A stretch of DNA of 64,000 nt. Source: Anthoceros angustus. Lineage: Eukaryota > Plantae > Anthocerotophyta. The notes under the pieces are model-generated. The model saw only the letters and a program-made list of their open reading frames with translations. It was not told where the DNA came from and did not search any database. Location: contig MU008184.1 in the NCBI GenBank assembly GCA_010909165.1, forward strand, positions 744,001 through 808,000. Direction: 5' to 3'. The stretch's first letter is position 1; the number at the start of each line of letters is the position of its first letter. Shown piece after piece: positions 62,761 through 64,000 of the stretch. Both the position numbers and the translations under genes were made by a program.

Positions 62761-63177
62761 AAGTTATGGTAACATGATCACAGCGTGGAAGATTACGCAG
62801 TTCTTAGCACATGACCAGCAAAGATTGGCTCACAAGCCTCACAAAGGCGATGTATACCACTGTGTCTACCACACATGCAAAGAAGTTCTGGACAATAAGT
62901 AGAATGGCAAACCAGTGCACCATCTCCACACAGAGCACATGCATCTTCCACATACCACAATCAAACACATGGACTTCTATGCCAAAAAGCCAGCATCTGC
63001 ATGCAGCATCAACTCAGATCATAGAGAGCAAAAGCAAGTGCTCCGGTTCCCAACCAGCCTTCACTTCCATCCTTAGAAGCATAACCTCATGGAGTACAAC
63101 AAACACGCTGACCTGTTTGTAGGCAGCAATCATTGCACACTCATTGCAGCAACCCCTGACCTTCAGAAACATCCTCC

Positions 63178-63765
63178 TCATATTCCAGCAGGAATAACAA
63201 ACATTTGCACACATCTGCTGCAACAACAGGTGCTATTGGGCACTTCAACAATCGGGGGAGAAATCCAAGGGACACAAATTAAAACACCCCCGAGGCAGCA
63301 CATTGCGAGAATGACTGCTCTGGCACTATCAAAACGTGTCACGTGCGAGACCGCATCTTTATACACGTGTGGCTCGTGGGAGTGGCATGGAGCCACTGTC
63401 CAGGCCGGCGTGAACTGAACTTCTTCACTCTTAGATGGTGAATCCATTTGGATCGCTTTCGAAATCCAAAAGCCAAGAACATGTTCTTGCAGCTTGCTCC
63501 TACAAGCCAGGTTTTCGGCCAACTTCTTGTTCACAACATTATAGTGGTCGGTCTTGGCCTTCACACTTTGGCGGACTAGTTCCATGGTGCCTCGTTGAGT
63601 TTCTGAGTCCAACCCACCGCCATTGAGCACAAGGTCTGCTAGCTGGACCTTTGTCAAGTCCAGATCCTTCAAGGCATCCTCCCTTGCCTTAGCAAGCTTT
63701 GACTCCTCATCCCCGCACGCCTCCAAGTCCTTCTTCACACAAGCCACAGCCGAAATCACCTCCAT
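63178..63765 (-). CDS. Hypothetical protein with a coiled-coil-like N-terminal half; probably extends beyond the window
   Basis: 195-aa ORF with heptad-like EESKLAKAREDALKDLDLTKVQLADL. No family recognised. Confidence 0.3.
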   Translation of the reverse strand: MEVISAVACVKKDLEACGDEESKLAKAREDALKDLDLTKVQLADLVLNGGGLDSETQRGTMELVRQSVKAKTDHYNVVNKKLAENLACRSKLQEHVLGFWISKAIQMDSPSKSEEVQFTPAWTVAPCHSHEPHVYKDAVSHVTRFDSARAVILAMCCLGGVLICVPWISPPIVEVPNSTCCCSRCVQMFVIPAGI

Positions 63766-64000
63766 TGGAGCCTGTACATGCCACTTTTCTCATGCCCAAA
63801 TATCTTACCTTTCAATGGACGTACGTGGTCCTTCTCCGTGAAGCTTGCCAACACTTTCGACGAGGACAATGGCTCCTTGTCAATCACAGCTGCTTTTCCT
63901 TTGTTGGCAGAGAGCAGCTCCAAACTTTGCTGCGACGACCGTCGTGTGGCCTCTTGTGGGCTCCTGCGGACAGGGGAGTTTTCCTTCAGACATGGAACGG

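Overview
This is a transposon-saturated plant nuclear region, most likely from a seed-free land plant (inferred from PLS-class PPR remnants and a chromodomain-less Tat-like Gypsy element). Most of the window is a nest of elements. A Copia element (gag at 4.0-5.2 kb, pol at 19.3-22.9 kb and 39.7-43.1 kb, possible 3' LTR at 55.6-55.8 kb) is interrupted by three insertions: a pol-less LTR element with 3.6-4.7 kb LTRs (5390-17356, TSD CCAAG), a full Gypsy element with LTRs over 5 kb (22948-39666, TSD GTAGG), and a further LTR of the pol-less family (43991-53501). Inside that last LTR sits the most notable feature: a TIR-bounded DNA element (44481-50254, 29-bp TIRs, TSD AAGT) with no recognisable transposase. 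Its cargo is a ParB-like + helical + beta-class (N6A/N4C-type) DNA methyltransferase gene. A second, diverged homologue of this gene lies at about 1.4-3.0 kb. The right end of the window holds an intact, intronless, AT-rich RING-H2 gene between ~1-kb inverted arms built from PPR remnants and 53-bp tandem arrays. Small indels and 0.3-2 kb tandem duplications are everywhere and may partly be assembly artefacts. No rRNA, tRNA or CRISPR features were found. All protein calls come from motif recognition by eye, with no database search.
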